Below are positions 27,956 through 37,150 of a stretch of 64,000 bases of DNA, one piece after another. Position numbers and translations under genes: made by a program. The stretch comes from an uncultured bacterium (GTDB lineage: Bacteria; Patescibacteriota; Minisyncoccia; Phycocordibacterales; UBA9973): contig CALCZP010000008.1 in assembly GCA_937903035.1 (NCBI GenBank), forward strand, positions 21,551-85,550, read 5' to 3'. Below the pieces are notes generated by a model, which saw only the letters and a list, made by a program, of their open reading frames with translations, searched no databases and had not been told where the DNA came from. The first letter of the stretch is position 1. The number at the start of each line of letters is the position of its first letter.

Positions 27956-29824
27956 TTATATTACATCTAAAAGCGAGAGGATACTATCCTTGTCTGCTTC
28001 ATGAAGGAACAAGGTGAGTTTTGGACCAGATTCTTTTCCAAATAACAGCTGATATACGATACTAAAAAATTGTCGCTGATTGTCTTTGTTTTGTGCATCG
28101 CTCGCAGTTGCAACTTTCGGTATAGCGTACAGTGCTGTTTTAAATGAATCCGCAGAAAGACTTTCCCTGTTCTTTATAAGATCAATGAGTTGTCCAATAT
28201 TTTGTTTTTCAAAAATATCAAGCGTATTAGCCATAGCTACATTTTGAGCAGATAAAAGATACCACGAAACATCGGGCGATACAGCAATATAGCGCGACGT
28301 ATCTTGATTAAAGAGTTGTGTATCGAGATATAATTGTCCACGCTCAACGGATTCTAGTTCATTTGATTGGCTGATAGGCATACGCATAATCTTCTGCACG
28401 TTTTTTTCGTGAATATCAGAATAACGATTAAGCACAATATGCTCCCCCGCAGCAACACCTTCTATCATTGGTTTTGCAACATATTCGTATATATCTCGCT
28501 GCGGAAGGGTCGGTAAGGGAATGGTTTTGCCGCCAATACTGAGTGACGACGCACCAACTCCATATCCACCATACGGTTGGGTGCCACGCTCTACTCCTGG
28601 AATGTGAAGATGAGTATTATGCAAAAACGTATCTCGCGGATGAATAACCGTATCATTAATTTTTCTATCAATCAGATTGTGGATATATGAGCTAGATCCA
28701 TACAAGGTGATATACATTGCGTTTTCAAAATATTCTTTTGCTTCAAAATAGGACGCAAGTTCAGCATCAGTAGTATATTTTTGGACAAAAATAATCGGAG
28801 CAAATATTTCTGCGTAGTTTGCACCCAACGAAAGAGGTTTTGTAATAATAGTCGGATAAACAATACAATGACGGGTATCAATCACTCCAGGAGTCGACAT
28901 ATCGATCCATGAACTGTTATCGCAAAGAAACTCCTGGATACGAACAAGATCTTTTGTATCACTCATTGGACCAATCCGGGATGTTTGATCACTATACTCT
29001 CCTATTTTCATAGAAGAAACGGTACTGCGAAGTTGGTTCATAAAGTCCTCATATATCTCTTCGTGAACTAGAATCGCATTCGGGGCGGCACAGTCTTGTC
29101 CTTGATTATAAAATTGCAGTGTTGTAACAGCATCAATCGCTTTTTCAAGATTCGCATCAGCAGCTATTACAAGCGGATTATGTCCTGAGCCGTTAGATAT
29201 GAAAAGTGTTCGACGATCAAAGATTTGCCGAAGCTTTGATGCGTGATGCGATGTGCCCGTAAAAATAACAACATCAGTCACCGGACGTGATGCGGTGGTC
29301 ACAGGGTCAACTCTAAGCGCAGAGCGTTCAATTAAAAATTCAAGCCGTTGCTTGTCTGATACAAAAACATTTGGAAAGTATTTCTTAATCTCAAGAAGTT
29401 CAAGCATTTCTGAAAAGAATGCATGCATGGCATGCGGGATACGAAAATGCACCGCACTTGCCATAAACGATGGGATAATGACAAAGCAAGTAAATGCATA
29501 AAGTGGCTGATTGCGTGGCAAAAAAGCAGCAACCTCTCCTATTCTTAATTTAAAGTAAGCTTCATTTTCATTGAGATTACGGAGAAGATCGAAAGTTCTA
29601 CTAATTTCATCTTCAACAACTTCGTGGCTTTCATACCGCAAAAGGATTGTTTCAAGATGTTCAGTTTTAGTCTCAATAAGATCTGCGAAAGCTCTTGCGC
29701 GAGAGATTATCTCTTTTGGATCAAGTGACGAGTATGGCTGGAAATTAGAATCTGCACCATCACGAGAAGTAGTATGTTCCATAGCGTACAGTATAGCTAA
29801 TACAATAAAAAAAGAAACCTGCAA
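27956..29824 (-). CDS. Aldehyde-dehydrogenase-superfamily protein, divergent (622 aa; catalytic Cys present, general-base Glu absent; acylating/LuxC-like?)
   Basis: LFISNGSGHNPLVIAADANLEKAIDAVTTLQFYNQGQDCAAPNAILVHEEIYEDF aligns with the ALDH ELGGKSP...FxNxGQxCxA core; LELGG Glu replaced by S/N; 4-nt gap to HK. Confidence 0.55.
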   Translation of the reverse strand: MQVSFFIVLAILYAMEHTTSRDGADSNFQPYSSLDPKEIISRARAFADLIETKTEHLETILLRYESHEVVEDEISRTFDLLRNLNENEAYFKLRIGEVAAFLPRNQPLYAFTCFVIIPSFMASAVHFRIPHAMHAFFSEMLELLEIKKYFPNVFVSDKQRLEFLIERSALRVDPVTTASRPVTDVVIFTGTSHHASKLRQIFDRRTLFISNGSGHNPLVIAADANLEKAIDAVTTLQFYNQGQDCAAPNAILVHEEIYEDFMNQLRSTVSSMKIGEYSDQTSRIGPMSDTKDLVRIQEFLCDNSSWIDMSTPGVIDTRHCIVYPTIITKPLSLGANYAEIFAPIIFVQKYTTDAELASYFEAKEYFENAMYITLYGSSSYIHNLIDRKINDTVIHPRDTFLHNTHLHIPGVERGTQPYGGYGVGASSLSIGGKTIPLPTLPQRDIYEYVAKPMIEGVAAGEHIVLNRYSDIHEKNVQKIMRMPISQSNELESVERGQLYLDTQLFNQDTSRYIAVSPDVSWYLLSAQNVAMANTLDIFEKQNIGQLIDLIKNRESLSADSFKTALYAIPKVATASDAQNKDNQRQFFSIVYQLLFGKESGPKLTLFLHEADKDSILSLLDVI

Positions 29825-29847
29825 TATAGAGGTTTCTGTTTCGTAAT

Positions 29848-30240
29848 TTAATTTTTGATTTCAAAGCAAATGATGGCTGCTATTGCGAATACAACTCCTA
29901 GTCCTTGCATTGTAGTGATTTGGATACCCTTTATAAGATCCCAAATCCAAACACCAAGAACATTGGAGAGTAATACGATAACTACTATCATAGTAAGCGA
30001 GTATTCTTTTGGTGCATGACGCATCACCAGACCAAGTCCTGACATAAATATCAGAAACAAGATCGCACTGATAGTCCACCAGCCAAATGTCATTCTTTGT
30101 GCCCAAAGGCTGAGGCATATATCACTGAATGCTCCGAAGACTCCAAGACATATAACTCCAATTAAAAAGTACATGATGTATAGATTTTGTGGTGAATTAT
30201 TATTTGAAATTATAATAACATATATATAATGAAAAGTCAA
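29848..30240 (-). CDS. Small 4-TM membrane protein (SMR/DMT-like?)
   Basis: About 110 aa of four hydrophobic helices from MYFLIGVICLG...; internal start likely. Confidence 0.4.
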   Translation of the reverse strand: MTFHYIYVIIISNNNSPQNLYIMYFLIGVICLGVFGAFSDICLSLWAQRMTFGWWTISAILFLIFMSGLGLVMRHAPKEYSLTMIVVIVLLSNVLGVWIWDLIKGIQITTMQGLGVVFAIAAIICFEIKN

Positions 30241-30285
30241 TAATAAAAACAGCCCTTCATACTTCTATAAAGGGCTTGTAATTGG

Positions 30286-30906
30286 TTACTTTTTTGATTG
30301 TACTGCGAGCGTTGCACCGATGCTAACACCATTTCCCCATCCAGCCAGCCAGAGGATCTTGCGAACTTTGTCACAACAGAATGAGTACTGTAGCCGTGGA
30401 CCGGTCACGCCATAGCGCTGACTGTGGATACCAATACCAATTGACTGGTTGAACGGATAGTACACTGCATAGCCGAGCCACCAATTCCCCCAAGTCTTTG
30501 CATACGAATAGTTTGCATTGATCATGAGCTTGTTTTTCGCACGAGGTTCATCAGCCTTGGTTTCCAAGAAATAGTATGAATTCAAGAACGTGACATTGCC
30601 ACCTTTTGAAAATTCAAATCCAGGACCAATACCAATTTCATGATAGGTACTCCACACTTGTTTTGCGTAAAGTACACCAGGGCTCACTGATGATGCATCT
30701 GGTTCAAATGAGCCTTCAAGAAACACTCCCCAATTTCCCGTTCCAAATGTTTTGCTCACAAATGGATTTACAAAGGTATAGGGCTTTTCTCCAGAAGAGG
30801 ATTTGAACCTGGTATGAGAAGCATCGAGGCTTCCGTACCAGAGGGGTTCTTGGCTATATGCGGCAGTAGTTACAAAGAATGAAACGAAAAATAGTATTTT
30901 TTTCAT
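30286..30906 (-). CDS. Secreted aromatic/Gly-rich protein (206 aa), beta-rich porin-like composition
   Basis: Signal peptide MKKILFFVSFFVTTAAYSQ; alternating aromatic residues, many W/Y/G; no motif recognised. Confidence 0.45.
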   Translation of the reverse strand: MKKILFFVSFFVTTAAYSQEPLWYGSLDASHTRFKSSSGEKPYTFVNPFVSKTFGTGNWGVFLEGSFEPDASSVSPGVLYAKQVWSTYHEIGIGPGFEFSKGGNVTFLNSYYFLETKADEPRAKNKLMINANYSYAKTWGNWWLGYAVYYPFNQSIGIGIHSQRYGVTGPRLQYSFCCDKVRKILWLAGWGNGVSIGATLAVQSKK

Positions 30907-30957
30907 GCTATATGTTTTTCAACATAATATCATGAATCATATATTTGTCAATATATT

Positions 30958-32013
30958 CTACAACACCTGATCTATAACTCCCCCTCCCACAAGAACAGTG
31001 TCTTTATATAGAACGAGTGACTGTCCAAGCGAGATTACACCATCATATGAAAGGCGCACATGGGTCTCATCAACAATACAGACTGGAAGTTGTTCACCGT
31101 GATAGCGGATTTGGGCAGTGTATAAGGCATGATCAGCAGTCGTTTCAAGCCAGTTTGTATCACGAAGCACAAGTGTCACTTCCCCATTTTTTGCATCGAC
31201 ATTCTTTGCATTATGTGAGACCACGAGAATATTCCGTTCAATGTCTTTACCAACGACATAGTACGGCTTCTGATCAGTACTTCCTTTGGTAATACGAAAG
31301 CCATGGCGTTCACCAAGCGTATGAAAATACACCCCATCATGCTCACCTACTTTCTCGCCTCGCGTATTAACGACATCACCAGGCTTTTCATCAATATAGT
31401 GTGCGAGAAATTCGCGCATGTCGACTTCGCCAAGGAAACAAATACCCTGACTGTCTTTTTTAGTTGCTGTCATAAGACCTGCACGCTGCGCAATCGCTCT
31501 CACTTCTGGCTTTTGAAGATGCCCGACCGGAAAGAATGCACGCTTGAGGTCGTCATTGGTAAGCATCCAGAGAAAGTATGACTGATCCTTGCTCGCATCA
31601 ATACCCTGCACAAGCTTTCCATCGATGAGCTGCGCATAATGTCCTGTTGCAAGCGCATCTGCGCCGTGAGATTTAGCGTACTGCCACATCGCACCAAATT
31701 TCACAACACGGTTGCAGAGCACATCAGGGTTCGGCGTACGACCGGCACGGTATTCACTGATCATATAGTCAGCTACCCCTTGTTTGTACTGATCAGTCGC
31801 ATCGAGAAAATGAAATGGAATATCAAGTGCAGCGCAGACACGCATTGCATCGCGCTTCTCATCGATCCAGGTACAAGGGATCCACTCAGGTGACCATGTT
31901 TTAACAAAGATGCCATGAACCTCATGACCCTGCTCTTTCAACAGATATGCGGCAACTGACGAGTCTACCCCGCCTGATATTCCAACAAAGATTTTCTGCA
32001 CCATCGTGCTCAT
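30958..32013 (-). CDS. mnmA: tRNA-specific 2-thiouridylase MnmA
   Basis: PP-loop VGISGGVDSSVAAYLL; catalytic Cys region; 351 aa. Confidence 0.9.
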   Translation of the reverse strand: MSTMVQKIFVGISGGVDSSVAAYLLKEQGHEVHGIFVKTWSPEWIPCTWIDEKRDAMRVCAALDIPFHFLDATDQYKQGVADYMISEYRAGRTPNPDVLCNRVVKFGAMWQYAKSHGADALATGHYAQLIDGKLVQGIDASKDQSYFLWMLTNDDLKRAFFPVGHLQKPEVRAIAQRAGLMTATKKDSQGICFLGEVDMREFLAHYIDEKPGDVVNTRGEKVGEHDGVYFHTLGERHGFRITKGSTDQKPYYVVGKDIERNILVVSHNAKNVDAKNGEVTLVLRDTNWLETTADHALYTAQIRYHGEQLPVCIVDETHVRLSYDGVISLGQSLVLYKDTVLVGGGVIDQVL

Positions 32014-32083
32014 ATGAGCACCACTATACTATGAGACTTGACATATTCCAAGATTGACCTAGAGTAAAGAAAAACTATTTGTT

Positions 32084-32776
32084 ATGAACATACAAAAAAA
32101 CATACTTTTATTTGACTCAGACATCCTGGACACAGATGAGGATATACATCCTATAGAACTATTGTTTGTTAGAGATATGGTGACTTTTGTACAAGATAGC
32201 AATTCATTTAAAGAGCAAATTGCAAATAAATCTTGGGACATTATTTTTATAAATTTTCAAACAAGACTATTCTTAAAGATAGAAGATGCTCAATTAGATG
32301 AATTTGTACAAATTGTTATCGCCTCTCAACCAGGTAGTTGCTGCAATGTAGCTATTACAAATGATAGAGATCAAATCTCTATGCTGAAAGAAAAAGGGTT
32401 TAGTATTTTCTCTAAAAAATATAACATTGCCAGAATTAGAGAAGAATTTAAAATCTTTCAAAAAGTTTTAACGACTAGTGATATCCAAGAATATGTAGCC
32501 GACTATCATCATATGTCAGCTACAAAACTTCTAGAGAAAACTAGGAATAGAAACATTGTAGAGCCACGACAAATAGCAATGTATCTCTCGCACCATCTGG
32601 TAACAAAAAATTTAAAAAAAGTAGCTAGTGACTTTTATTTAAAAAACCATACCAGTACTATTCATGCACTACGAACAGTTAACGATCTCATGGATACAAA
32701 TTCTGCTATAAAAGAAAAGGTTGATTTTTTATTCTACAATCTTCGAACTGGTCTATATCTAAAAGCCTCCTTGTGA
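32084..32776 (+). CDS. Atypical receiver-like domain fused to DnaA domain-IV-like HTH (230 aa), AT-rich gene
   Basis: C-terminus IVEPRQIAMYLSHHLVTKNLKKVASDFYLKNHTSTIHALRTVNDLMDTN parallels DnaA domain IV; N-terminus NILLFDSD...WDIIFINFQ...VQIVIASQ...FSIFSKK resembles REC beta-strands with Asn at the phospho-Asp position. Confidence 0.5.
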   Translation: MNIQKNILLFDSDILDTDEDIHPIELLFVRDMVTFVQDSNSFKEQIANKSWDIIFINFQTRLFLKIEDAQLDEFVQIVIASQPGSCCNVAITNDRDQISMLKEKGFSIFSKKYNIARIREEFKIFQKVLTTSDIQEYVADYHHMSATKLLEKTRNRNIVEPRQIAMYLSHHLVTKNLKKVASDFYLKNHTSTIHALRTVNDLMDTNSAIKEKVDFLFYNLRTGLYLKASL

Positions 32777-32790
32777 GGCTTTTTTATTTA
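32762..32790. terminator. Bidirectional terminator
   Basis: AAAGCCTCcttgtGAGGCTTTTTTATTT. Confidence 0.55.
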
Positions 32791-33326
32791 AGATTGAGCA
32801 ATTTCTTGAATACTTCGTACGTTGCGTATGCGTCAGCAAATGCACTATGTGCCTTGGCATTTTGAATCTCAAACTTTTCACAAAGTGCGCGGAGCGAGAG
32901 CTTACCTACATCATCGTTGTTGTGGAGTACCCCAAATGCAACGGAGAGCGTATCGATCTTTTGAAAATAGAGTTTGTTCTCAACGCCTGTTTGTTTGAAT
33001 GCCGCATCTATAAATGAGTAGTCAAACATTGCATTGTGCGCCACAAACACTGCGCCATCAGTCAAATCTGCAAATGTCTTCATCGCATCAGCGAGAGGGA
33101 TTGCAAAAAGCCAGTCAGCCTCGTTGTACCCATTGATACGGAGCGCTTGGGGATCTGCGGTTTCAATATGCATCGGATGAATCTTAAGATCAAGCGTATC
33201 AGTGACGGTAAGTACGCCATCCTTGAGTTTCGTCAGCACCACACCAAGCTCAATAATCTCAGCTGTTTCAGGATTGAGACCAGTAGTTTCGATATCGACG
33301 AATGCGAGCGATTGTTGGAGGATCAT
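32784..33326 (-). CDS. DnaQ-like 3'-5' exonuclease (DEDDh; Pol III epsilon-like)
   Basis: Exo I FVDIETTGLNP; Exo II VAHNAMFDYSF; Exo III H...D near C-terminus. Confidence 0.8.
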   Translation of the reverse strand: MILQQSLAFVDIETTGLNPETAEIIELGVVLTKLKDGVLTVTDTLDLKIHPMHIETADPQALRINGYNEADWLFAIPLADAMKTFADLTDGAVFVAHNAMFDYSFIDAAFKQTGVENKLYFQKIDTLSVAFGVLHNNDDVGKLSLRALCEKFEIQNAKAHSAFADAYATYEVFKKLLNLK

Positions 33327-33327
33327 G

Positions 33328-34296
33328 TTATTTCAAATACTTTTGTATATTAGCTTGGTGCTGCTTGTACGTGGATGCATAGTGTATCGCACCAGATGAG
33401 TCATGCAAGTAATACAGATACGGTGACTCAACTGGATGGAGCGCTGCCTCGATAGCAAGAAGGCCAGGGTTGTTGATCGGTGTTGGTGGAAGCCCCTTGT
33501 TGATATAGGTATTATACGGCGACTTCATTGCGAGATCTTTTTTTGTAAGTTCCTTACTTTCTTTGCCCAAGAGATAGAGAAATGGTGCATCAACCTGTAG
33601 TGGCATACCGATTGAAATACGCTTCCACAAAATCCCAGCGACAATCTTGCGATCTTCATCCCCATTTGCTTCTTTTTCAATAATAGATGCCATAGTTAGA
33701 ATCTCATGTTCAGTTTTTCCACTTGCTGCAACAGCTACTGCAAAGTCAGGAACTTTTTTAACAAAAGTACGTTTGAGTGTGGTCAGTACCAGATCAGGCT
33801 TCACTGTTGGAAAGAATCCGTAGGTATCAGGAAAGAGCCTGCCCTGGTCATCTTTTGCAAGCTCAAGAAATAGCTCCGTATCAAAGGCTGGAAACGTTGC
33901 TCCGAGTCGCGCAGCCATTTCTTTCGTGCTAAACCCTTCAGGAAAAGTCACTTTCTGGCGATCAATACCAAACTGGCGACCCGAGATACGCATTGCGACC
34001 TCAAGGGCATTTTGTGGCTGATCAAAATAGTACTCCCCTTCACTGACTTTTTTTTCGCTCCCAAATGAAATCATAAATATTTCAAAAAGACGCGGTGATG
34101 TAATCACATGATCAGCTGCGAGCTCATGTGAGACCGAAAAGAGTGTCTGCCCAGGATCAACAGTCAGATGATACGGTACCGGAAAGTCTACAGGCGCTGC
34201 GAGTAAACTTCGAAAGAGCCCTAGAAAGAAAATAACTGCAGCTCCAAAAAGTACCAAAAATCCGAACACTTTTGACGGTTTGCGTGTTGCCTGCAT
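33328..34296 (-). CDS. mltG: Endolytic murein transglycosylase MltG (YceG family); start at MQATRK
   Basis: N-terminal TM, YceG-like domain, C-terminal GLPPTPINNPG...YYLHDSSGAIHYASTYKQHQANI. Confidence 0.8.
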   Translation of the reverse strand: MQATRKPSKVFGFLVLFGAAVIFFLGLFRSLLAAPVDFPVPYHLTVDPGQTLFSVSHELAADHVITSPRLFEIFMISFGSEKKVSEGEYYFDQPQNALEVAMRISGRQFGIDRQKVTFPEGFSTKEMAARLGATFPAFDTELFLELAKDDQGRLFPDTYGFFPTVKPDLVLTTLKRTFVKKVPDFAVAVAASGKTEHEILTMASIIEKEANGDEDRKIVAGILWKRISIGMPLQVDAPFLYLLGKESKELTKKDLAMKSPYNTYINKGLPPTPINNPGLLAIEAALHPVESPYLYYLHDSSGAIHYASTYKQHQANIQKYLK

Positions 34297-34297
34297 A

Positions 34298-35584
34298 TTA
34301 GATCGGCAAGTTTGCTGGTGGCTCTGCCTTGGTAGCCTCAATACGAGTAAAGCTTGGGGTTTCTGCTACACGACCCGGTAAATGGAAAATAGTTGCAAGC
34401 TCTTCAGTAGAGAGAATGTATGGCTTGCCGCCACTTTCATTGGGGTTGGTAAAATAATCTCCAAACGAAAGTGGATCAAACCCTCCATAAAAAAATGCGC
34501 GAGCTTTGTATCCGCCAAGCAGTTTTGCTTTCATGCCGGCAATTTTATTGCCAAACATATCTTGCCATGGAAAATCTACCTTGGTAGTGCCGTCTGGCTT
34601 AAAGCCGTTGAGCTGACTTGAGTTAAACTGGCGAAATGCACCAATGAGTGCAGGCGCTCGTGTCCCCGCATTAAATGCAGGGCCCTTGGCGATATATACT
34701 GCACGGATAAACGAATCAAATCCAAACTTGTCAGCGTGCCGCTCAATTGTTTCAAATGTATTAGTTTGTGTTTTCGTTGTAAGTGTAATGATGGGCTTAC
34801 CATTCTCATCTTTTTCATAGAGATTTGCCTTGAGCTCAGTAATCGTCTCGGCAGCTTTTGCCTTCCAATCTTTCCCTTTTTCTTCAACACCTTTCTTTTT
34901 GACCGTAAAGCGTTTCGTATCGGGTCTGATCAATATCTGAATCCATACGTGCTCATTTGCATTAAGTGACCCAATATATTCAAGGAGTGGTGTGATCGGA
35001 TCAATACGTTGCTCTTCATCAAGTGATCCAATTGCTTTGTCGAGTCCATAATCAATATATGACTTGATCGGATATACATCGTCCTTTGAAAGAATAAAAT
35101 TGCACCCCCACAAGTTAAAGTCAGCTCCTTTTTTAAAATCAGGAAATTCACTCGTATAGTCTGACACTTCGAACACTTCAGCCTGAGGATACTGCGCATA
35201 AATCTGAGCCTCGACTGTCTTTTTGAATTTTTCAGGAAGACGAATATAAAAATGTACCGATCCTTCTTTTGAAACAATCTCAAGCGACGAATACAGACTT
35301 ACTTCTCCTTTCCAATACTTGGTATACCAATCACCACCCTGCCCACCTGCGTAGAGTGAGTTGAGTACAAGCTCCATTGCAAGTGGAGACTTAAAGACTT
35401 CTTTTGGTGGCTTCACTTCAATGATCACCCATTTAATGGAGCGCAAGAAGAGTGTTTGAATGTACGAAAGCCACACATTCCATGCAATGACTGCCAATAT
35501 CGGCACTGCGACAAAGATTCCTATTTCATGCATGACGTCAGCGAGCGTCAACGACTGTTCCATGTGCACTAGTATAGCAAACAC
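34298..35584 (-). CDS. Membrane-anchored hypothetical protein (428 aa)
   Basis: One N-terminal TM then large soluble domain; no motif recognised; upstream of ftsZ region. Confidence 0.5.
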   Translation of the reverse strand: MFAILVHMEQSLTLADVMHEIGIFVAVPILAVIAWNVWLSYIQTLFLRSIKWVIIEVKPPKEVFKSPLAMELVLNSLYAGGQGGDWYTKYWKGEVSLYSSLEIVSKEGSVHFYIRLPEKFKKTVEAQIYAQYPQAEVFEVSDYTSEFPDFKKGADFNLWGCNFILSKDDVYPIKSYIDYGLDKAIGSLDEEQRIDPITPLLEYIGSLNANEHVWIQILIRPDTKRFTVKKKGVEEKGKDWKAKAAETITELKANLYEKDENGKPIITLTTKTQTNTFETIERHADKFGFDSFIRAVYIAKGPAFNAGTRAPALIGAFRQFNSSQLNGFKPDGTTKVDFPWQDMFGNKIAGMKAKLLGGYKARAFFYGGFDPLSFGDYFTNPNESGGKPYILSTEELATIFHLPGRVAETPSFTRIEATKAEPPANLPI

Positions 35585-35715
35585 TCTTTATAATTACTGC
35601 ATGGCGATCTAAAAAAAGTGATGATTTTGAATCATATATCATACTTGTCAACTCTATGATTCTGGCTTGATTCTGTTACTATACCCGATATAGCACTAAT
35701 GGAAGAGAGTTATAC

Positions 35716-36897
35716 ATGCCTAAAGTAAGCCCTGATATAGAGACAGCGGCACGGATCAAAGTGATCGGTGTTGGTGGCTCTGGAAAAAATGCCCTAAACC
35801 ACATGATCAGCGAAAAAGTTCGTGGGGTTGAATTCATTGCAATGAACACTGATGTGCAGGATTTGCACACCTCACTTGCCGAAAAAAAGATTCATCTTGG
35901 TAAAAACCTTACCAAAGGTCTTGGTGCAGGTATGAATCCTGAGGTTGGTATGCGTGCAGCAGAAGAAACCAAAGCTGAGATCCAGGATGCTATCAAAGGC
36001 GCTGATATGGTCTTTATCGCCTGCGGAATGGGCGGTGGTACTGGTACTGGTGGTGCACCAATCATCGCACGGGCTGCCAAGGAGCAAGGTGTCCTCACTG
36101 TTGCAGTGGTGACCAAGCCATTCTTTTTTGAAGGCAACCAGCGCATGAAGCTTGCTGAGCAAGGTATTGAAGAGCTCGAAAAGGAAGTTGATGCAATCAT
36201 CATTATTCCCAACGATCGCCTCCTTGCAATCGCCGGCAAAGACACTACCTTCAAAGACGCATTTGCAAAGTGTGATGAAGTGCTCCGTCAAGCAGTCGAG
36301 GGTATCTCTGAGCTCATTGCATCTCCTGGTATCATCAACGTCGACTTCGCCGACATGAAGAGCGTCCTCATGGATGCAGGTACAGCACTCATGGGTGTAG
36401 GTAATGCGAATGGTGATGGCCGCGCAGAAAAAGCAGCGATCCAGGCGATCAACTCTCCACTTCTTGATATTTCAATCAATGGCGCAAAGGGGGTCCTCTT
36501 TGCAATCTCTTCCAACGATGATCTCACCATGGCTGAATTCCAGGATGCCGCAAAAGTTATCACTGAAAGTATCGACAAAGATGCACGTGTGATCATTGGT
36601 ACGATCTTTGACGAGCGTATGAAAAAAGGTGAACTCAAGATTACTGTTATTGCCACTGGCTTCCCTACTGATGGTCTCAAAAAACCAAGTAGTCTCTTTG
36701 GTGCAAATCGTGAGCTCTTTAATAGAGAAACACAACCTCCTGCATCACAACCACAACAACAAGAGGTACGTCCAATGGTTCAAAAACCTGAACTAAAAGC
36801 TGAAATAGATCCTGTTGAAGCCCCTCTTGAAGAAACTGAGGACGACCTCGACAACTACGGCGCGATCCCTGCATTCCTTCGACGAAATAAGAAATAG
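35716..36897 (+). CDS. ftsZ: Cell division GTPase FtsZ
   Basis: IKVIGVGGSGKNALNHMI, tubulin signature GGGTGTGGAPIIA, T7 loop, acidic C-terminal tail. Confidence 0.95.
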   Translation: MPKVSPDIETAARIKVIGVGGSGKNALNHMISEKVRGVEFIAMNTDVQDLHTSLAEKKIHLGKNLTKGLGAGMNPEVGMRAAEETKAEIQDAIKGADMVFIACGMGGGTGTGGAPIIARAAKEQGVLTVAVVTKPFFFEGNQRMKLAEQGIEELEKEVDAIIIIPNDRLLAIAGKDTTFKDAFAKCDEVLRQAVEGISELIASPGIINVDFADMKSVLMDAGTALMGVGNANGDGRAEKAAIQAINSPLLDISINGAKGVLFAISSNDDLTMAEFQDAAKVITESIDKDARVIIGTIFDERMKKGELKITVIATGFPTDGLKKPSSLFGANRELFNRETQPPASQPQQQEVRPMVQKPELKAEIDPVEAPLEETEDDLDNYGAIPAFLRRNKK

Positions 36898-36901
36898 TCT
36901 C

Positions 36902-37002
36902 AAAAGAGCACCTATCCAAAACCGCGCATAAAAGTCTGCTGACTTTTTGCTATGCTCGCGCCAGTCGCGCTTGCGCAATGCTTTTGAATAGGTGCTCTTT
37001 TT
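36902..37002. repeat. Inverted repeat 1 downstream of ftsZ: 14-nt arms AAAAGAGCACCTAT / ATAGGTGCTCTTTT around a 72-nt spacer containing an inner hairpin AAAAGTCtgctGACTTTT
   Basis: Read directly from sequence. Confidence 0.7.
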
Positions 37003-37012
37003 CGTCTGGGCG

Positions 37013-37117
37013 AGAAAATAACATACTAATTTGGATCCCTGCGCAGGACGACTGGTCCGAGCAAGAACAAAATTTCAGCAGAAATTTATGTGTGATCCAA
37101 ATTAGTATGTTATTTTC
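37013..37117. repeat. Inverted repeat 2: 24-nt perfect arms GAAAATAACATACTAATTTGGATC / GATCCAAATTAGTATGTTATTTTC with a 56-nt spacer (MITE-like or structured RNA)
   Basis: Read directly from sequence. Confidence 0.7.
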
Positions 37118-37150
37118 GAGCACAGAACTTTAGTGATATAATCACACCCT

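Noticed and set aside
27956-29824. Calling the 622-aa protein a canonical NAD-dependent aldehyde dehydrogenase
   Set aside because: The general-base Glu of the ELGGKSP motif is missing and the protein has large extensions; I kept only a superfamily-level call
30286-30906. Outer-membrane beta-barrel porin assignment
   Set aside because: Only compositional resemblance (aromatic/Gly-rich, signal peptide); no terminal Phe motif, and the lineage may be monoderm
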